Assembly: GCA_017537945.1 (NCBI GenBank)
Contig: JAFYJT010000023.1
Span: forward strand, 1-51,975
Source of the DNA: Aeriscardovia sp.
GTDB lineage: Bacteria; Actinomycetota; Actinomycetes; Actinomycetales; Bifidobacteriaceae
Direction of reading: 5' to 3'
Length of the DNA stretch: 51,975 nt
Made by a program: the position numbers and the translations under genes. The notes under the pieces were generated by a model. That model did no database searches. It saw only the letters and a list, made by a program, of their open reading frames with translations, and had not been told where the DNA came from. Shown here piece by piece: positions 47,983 to 51,975 of this stretch; the first letter of the stretch is position 1, and every line of letters starts with the position of its first letter.

Positions 47983-48071
47983 ATTGCCTTCTTATAAAAA
48001 GGAACCTAGTAGATGCAGTCCTTTTAAGGGGGCTGCACCCTTTTTATTCTATCTGTAGAAAACCGTAAAGA

Positions 48072-49793
48072 TTAGTACAGGTAGTAACGCTGCGCGAGGG
48101 AGATGTCGTCCACGGTGTCGCAAGTGATGACCTCGCCGTCGATGGTGACGGTGAACTTCTGAGGATCAATAGCGATGGTGGAAGGCGTGTAGGTGTTGAA
48201 GATCATGTCGTCCTTCATCAGGTTACGAGTGCGGTGAACCGGAAGTACGAGGCGCTCAAGGCCAAGCTCTTCCTTGATTCCGTGCTCGTAAGCGTAGGTG
48301 GAGACGAAGGTCTTGTGGTTCTCGCTCAGGGCCTTGCCCAGGGCGCCCCACATCTTGCTCATCTTCACGGGCTCAGGGGTGGGGAGGGACGAACCGGCAT
48401 CGCCCATCTTGGCGTAGGTCACGAAGCCGTTCTGGAACACGGCATAGGGCTTGGCGCCGAAGAAGGCGTAATCCCAAACCACGAGATCGGCATACTTGCC
48501 GACTTCGACGGAGCCGATGTAATCAGAGACGCCGTTGGTAATGGCAGGGTTGATAGTGTACTTGGCGACGTAGCGCTTGATGCGGTTGTTGTCGTTGTAC
48601 TCGCTATCGCCTTCGAGCGGGCCCCTCTGCTTCTTCATCTTGTTGGCCAGCTGCCAAGTACGCATTCCGACTTCGCCGATACGGCCCATGGCCATAGCGT
48701 CGGAAGTCATCATGGAGATGGCGCCCATGTCCTGGAGGACGTCCTCAGCAGCGATGGTCTGCTTACGAACGCGGGACTCGGCGAAAGCCACATCCTCGGG
48801 AAGAGCAGGGTTGAGGGAGTGGCAGACCATGGTCATGTCGAAGAGCTCGTCAACGGTGTTCTTGCAGTAAGGGTTGGTCGGGTTGGTGGAAGAGGTCAGG
48901 AAGTTCTTCTGTCCGCAGACCACCATGATGTCGGGGGCGTGGCCGCCGCCGCATCCTTCGGTGTGGTAAGAGTGGATGGTACGACCCTTGATGGCGTTCA
49001 GGGTGTTGTTCACGTAGCCGCCCTCGTTGAGGGAGTCGGTGTGGACAGCAAGCTGGACATCATACTTGTCGGCGGCATCCAGGCCGTTGTTGATGTTGGA
49101 AGCGGTGGCGCCCCAGTCCTCGTGGACCTTGATGCCCATGGCGCCAGCGCGGATCTGCTCGCCTACGGTCTCGACGTGGCTGCCGCCGGCCTTGGCATAA
49201 GTTCCGAAGTTGAAGGGAATGCCTTCCACGGAGCGAAGCATTTCGTGGATGTTGTACTTGCCCGGGGTGCAGGTGGCGGAAAGAGTGCCGTTGGAGTTGC
49301 CGGTGCCGCCGCCGAACACGGTGGTGATGCCGTTGTCGAGGCCCATCACGTCAAGTTCAGGGGTGATGTAGTGAACGTGGGTGTCGATGCCGCCGGCGGT
49401 GACGATCTTGCCGTCAGCGTTCATGGCTTCGGTGCTGGCTCCCACTACGATGTTCACGTTGTCCATGTTGTCAGGGTTTCCGGCCTTGCCGATGGCGAAA
49501 ATCTTGCCGTCGCGGATGCCGATGTCGGCCTTGTAGATGCCGGTGTAATCAATGATGAGGGCGTTGGTGATAACTTCGTCGGCCACCTGCGGATCAGTTT
49601 CGCGCAGAGAGGTGGTGTTGCAGCCCATACCATCACGAAGGACCTTGCCGCCGCCAAAGATTGCTTCCTGGCCGTAGACGGTCAAATCCTTTTCTACCTT
49701 GGCCCAGAGGTTGGTGTCACCGAGGCGGACAGAATCACCGGTGGTGGCGCCAAACATCTGGTCATAGGTCTTGCGATCTATTTCAAAGCTCAT
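48072..49793 (-). CDS. ureC: urease subunit alpha
   Basis: Full-length UreC (GGIDTHVHY; the carbamylated-Lys region [10 protein letters not shown]; MVCHSLN; AFAESRVR). Confidence 0.98.
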   Translation of the reverse strand: MSFEIDRKTYDQMFGATTGDSVRLGDTNLWAKVEKDLTVYGQEAIFGGGKVLRDGMGCNTTSLRETDPQVADEVITNALIIDYTGIYKADIGIRDGKIFAIGKAGNPDNMDNVNIVVGASTEAMNADGKIVTAGGIDTHVHYITPELDVMGLDNGITTVFGGGTGNSNGTLSATCTPGKYNIHEMLRSVEGIPFNFGTYAKAGGSHVETVGEQIRAGAMGIKVHEDWGATASNINNGLDAADKYDVQLAVHTDSLNEGGYVNNTLNAIKGRTIHSYHTEGCGGGHAPDIMVVCGQKNFLTSSTNPTNPYCKNTVDELFDMTMVCHSLNPALPEDVAFAESRVRKQTIAAEDVLQDMGAISMMTSDAMAMGRIGEVGMRTWQLANKMKKQRGPLEGDSEYNDNNRIKRYVAKYTINPAITNGVSDYIGSVEVGKYADLVVWDYAFFGAKPYAVFQNGFVTYAKMGDAGSSLPTPEPVKMSKMWGALGKALSENHKTFVSTYAYEHGIKEELGLERLVLPVHRTRNLMKDDMIFNTYTPSTIAIDPQKFTVTIDGEVITCDTVDDISLAQRYYLY

Positions 49794-49816
49794 AAGATGT
49801 TCCTTCTTTCCAAAAT

Positions 49817-50218
49817 TTACTTCTGGTCGTGAGCGTGCTCAGCAGCGAGCTTCATGTTCGCCTTGCGCATTGCGGTGTAGGTCTCAGAATCGGTCTCGGG
49901 GGCCGCGAAGCCGTCGAGGTAGCAATCGGCCTTGTTGTTGAAGCCGAAGATACGGCGGCGTCCGCCGTAGTCCACAACCTGGACGGTCTTCTGATCTCCA
50001 GGCTCAAAACGAATGGAGGTGCCGGCAGCGATGTCGAGGTGCTTGCCCCAGGCCAGATCACGGTCGAAATCAAGGGCGGAGTTGGCCTCGTAGAAGTGGA
50101 ATTCAGAACCAACTTGCACGGCACGGTCGCCAGTGTTGGTGACCTTTATCGAAGTGGCGGGATATCCCGCGTTGCAGGTGATCTTCCCATCTGCGTAATT
50201 AATTTCTCCAGGAACCAT
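49817..50218 (-). CDS. ureB: urease subunit beta
   Basis: MVPGEI...[17 protein letters not shown]...IRFEPGD pattern, plus a C-terminal extension of about 25 aa. Confidence 0.95.
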   Translation of the reverse strand: MVPGEINYADGKITCNAGYPATSIKVTNTGDRAVQVGSEFHFYEANSALDFDRDLAWGKHLDIAAGTSIRFEPGDQKTVQVVDYGGRRRIFGFNNKADCYLDGFAAPETDSETYTAMRKANMKLAAEHAHDQK

Positions 50219-50238
50219 AAGTCTAACTCCTTGTCAGG

Positions 50239-50541
50239 TTACTGAATGGGATTGTGAAGAGTGATGAGCTTGGTGCCATCAGTGAAGGTGCACTCCACCT
50301 GGATCATGGGGATCATCTCGGGAACGCCTTCCATGACATCGTCACGGGTAAGGATGCTGTTGCCAAGGGCTACGCACTCGTTCCAGTCTTTTCCATCACG
50401 AGCAGCCTCAATGACAGCATTAGTAATTATGGCTATAGCCTCGGGGTGATTCAGCTTAAGACCCCGATCTTTGCGCTGCTGCGCCACCATGGCAGCAACT
50501 GAAACCAACATTTTTTCCTCTTCGCGAGTTGTTAAATGCAT
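50239..50541 (-). CDS. ureA: urease subunit gamma
   Basis: [13 protein letters not shown]...[13 protein letters not shown] is canonical UreA. AAGGAGGAAACT-ATG start. Confidence 0.97.
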   Translation of the reverse strand: MHLTTREEEKMLVSVAAMVAQQRKDRGLKLNHPEAIAIITNAVIEAARDGKDWNECVALGNSILTRDDVMEGVPEMIPMIQVECTFTDGTKLITLHNPIQ

Positions 50542-50563
50542 AGTTTCCTCCTTTCAGAATGAA

Positions 50564-50592
50564 AATATATTCACTTTACGGCCAATCCACAA
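50564..50592 (-). promoter_or_regulatory. candidate sigma-70-type promoter of the ure operon
   Basis: Minus strand reads TTGTGG, a 17-nt spacer, then TATATT. It lies between the amt terminator and the ureA SD. Confidence 0.35.
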
Positions 50593-50600
50593 GAGTAGCG

Positions 50601-50640
50601 TAAAACAAAAATGTCCTAATCCTGAGTCGGATTAGGACAT
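50601..50640 (-). terminator. rho-independent terminator of amt
   Basis: Minus strand reads ATGTCCTAATCC-GACTCA-GGATTAGGACAT (perfect 12-bp stem) followed by TTTTTGTTTT. Confidence 0.7.
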
Positions 50641-50677
50641 TTCTATACTCGTCCCGCGTTAAGCCGGGACTTTTTGT

Positions 50678-51975
50678 CTATTCGTTTTGAGGGGATACAG
50701 GAGAAGCGGAAGCTTCCTGCATGGCTTCAGCGGCAAGCTCGGCCTTCTTCTCATCCTCGACGTCCGAATCCACGAAATAGTGCTCGTGCAAAAGGGCGGG
50801 ATCAAGTCCGCGATCCATCTGCTCCTTAGTGGTCCTGATGTGGAAGATGTGGTCCAAAATGGCCAAGATCAGCCAAGTGACGAGCATGGAGTAGGCGGCC
50901 ACAAGGAGGGCTCCGGAAAGCTGTACGAGGAACTGGTAGCCTCCGGCCCTGACCCCGTTCACGCGGGGGTCGGCAAGGCACCCTATGAGGATGGTGCCCA
51001 GGAATCCTCCCATTCCGTGCACGCCCCAAACGCCAAGGGTGTCGTCCCACTTAAGCTTCTTGGCCAACCAAACGCAGAAGTAGCAAACCACGGCGGCGCA
51101 GAAGCCTATGATGATGGCGCCCAAGGGAGTGACATACCCTGAAGCGGGCGTAACAGCCGCAGCGCCGGCGATAGGTCCGGTCATAAGCTGGGTGAATGAC
51201 CAGTGGTGGGCGTTGAAGGCGTAGTCGAGGATGCACCAAACCACCATGGCGCAAATCATAGCGATGCCGGTATTGGCGAAGGCGATGGCGGCCACATCGT
51301 TAGAGGCGAGGGTGCCGCCTGCATTGAAGCCGAACCATCCAAACATAAGCATGCCGGCACCAATAGCCACAAGCCCGAGATTGGAGGGCTCGGGTTCGGG
51401 GCACTCATCGTAGTCTTTGCGCCTTCCGAAGTACCAAATCGCCATAAGGCCGCTAAAGGCGGCGGTTATATGGATGACGGTTCCGCCTGCAAAGTCGACA
51501 AATCCCCATTTGGCCAGGAAGCCGCCGCCCCAAATCCAGTGGGCTACGGGGAAGTAAACCAGGATCATCCAGCAGATGAGGAAGCCTATCCAGCCTCCCA
51601 TGTTCATTCTTCCGGCAGTAGCGCCGGTCATGAGGGGCAGGGTGATTATGGCGAACATCAGCTGGTACATGAAGAACATGAGCAGGGGGATAGAGGCGCC
51701 ATACTTTCCATCAATATCAAAAATTACGTGGTGAAGGGCGAAAAACTGGATGGGATTGCCTATAAAACCTCCAAGGTTGTTTCCGAAAACTAGGCTAAAC
51801 CCTCCAAATATCCACATAAGCCCTACGACGCCTATGGCCGAAAAGACCTTCCACATTATGGCTAGGGAATTCTTTTTGCGCACCAGGCCGCCATAGAAGA
51901 AAGCCAAACCCGGGGTCATTAAGAACACGAGGATGGTGCACAGGAACATATAAGTTATGTTTGAATATGTCGTAC
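50678..51975 (-). CDS. amt: ammonium transporter (Amt family), 5' end outside the window
   Basis: Amt signatures (LMTPGLAFFYGG; VDFAGGTVIHI; GVHGMGG). The frame stays open from ATG 51949 to the window edge, and the expected first TM is missing. Confidence 0.93.
   Translation of the reverse strand, partial: TTYSNITYMFLCTILVFLMTPGLAFFYGGLVRKKNSLAIMWKVFSAIGVVGLMWIFGGFSLVFGNNLGGFIGNPIQFFALHHVIFDIDGKYGASIPLLMFFMYQLMFAIITLPLMTGATAGRMNMGGWIGFLICWMILVYFPVAHWIWGGGFLAKWGFVDFAGGTVIHITAAFSGLMAIWYFGRRKDYDECPEPEPSNLGLVAIGAGMLMFGWFGFNAGGTLASNDVAAIAFANTGIAMICAMVVWCILDYAFNAHHWSFTQLMTGPIAGAAAVTPASGYVTPLGAIIIGFCAAVVCYFCVWLAKKLKWDDTLGVWGVHGMGGFLGTILIGCLADPRVNGVRAGGYQFLVQLSGALLVAAYSMLVTWLILAILDHIFHIRTTKEQMDRGLDPALLHEHYFVDSDVEDEKKAELAAEAMQEASASPVSPQNE

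Noticed and set aside
48234-49832. A 532-aa plus-strand ORF covering almost all of ureC in antisense.
   Set aside because: Its G/V/A/D/H-rich translation is low-complexity and mirrors the NNC codon bias of ureC. It has no SD or recognisable motifs. ureC on the other strand is unambiguous.
1-51975. CRISPR arrays, IS elements/transposases, toxin-antitoxin pairs and known defence-system genes.
   Set aside because: I saw no regularly spaced repeats, transposase or integrase-like ORFs, or defence signature domains on either strand.

Overview
A 52-kb chromosomal segment, mostly housekeeping, from an Actinomycetota genome. The marker set (crgA, sepH/DUF3071, DUF4193, DUF3073, DUF349, class E sortase, tig-clpP1-clpP2, FemAB-type transferase) and the synteny look Bifidobacteriaceae-like. 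That assignment is inference only. GC is roughly 53-57% by hand counts of a few lines. Most genes lie on the minus strand. In order: a coiled-coil ORF; lgt-cdsA-frr-pyrH-tsf-rpsB-def; tRNA-Asn; a lipoprotein; an acyl-CoA synthetase; clpP2-clpP1-tig; rnd; nadE; a DEAH helicase; aspS; hisS; DUF349; rel; dut; DUF4193; sepH; a phosphodiesterase-family gene; an MFS sugar porter; sortase E; crgA plus small membrane ORFs; a FemAB-family gene; an HD-domain gene; tRNA-Gly; an FprA-like reductase; an HtrA-like protease; tgt; DUF3073; trpS; rlmB; an orphan sugar-type ABC ATPase; a Ser/Thr kinase, a polytopic membrane ORF and a DsbA/MdbA-like gene; then a complete urease cluster (ureABCEFGD) preceded by a 5'-truncated amt. 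I saw no CRISPR array, IS element, integrase or recognisable defence system. The points most worth a second look are these. (1) ureABC use a codon dialect clearly different from ureEFGD and from rpsB/tsf. (2) At two gene junctions (the sortase N-terminus and the kinase/membrane ORF boundary) the only sensible start is an ATT placed 4 nt after GGAGG, the same spacing used by bona fide genes here; the alternative is a frameshift. (3) The kinase looks split, and kinase, membrane ORF and oxidoreductase may form one operon. (4) Several intergenic regions carry phased or palindromic candidate operators. (5) Five of nine convergent gene pairs overlap at their 3' ends. All start codons are hand-chosen judgements, and no similarity search was possible.
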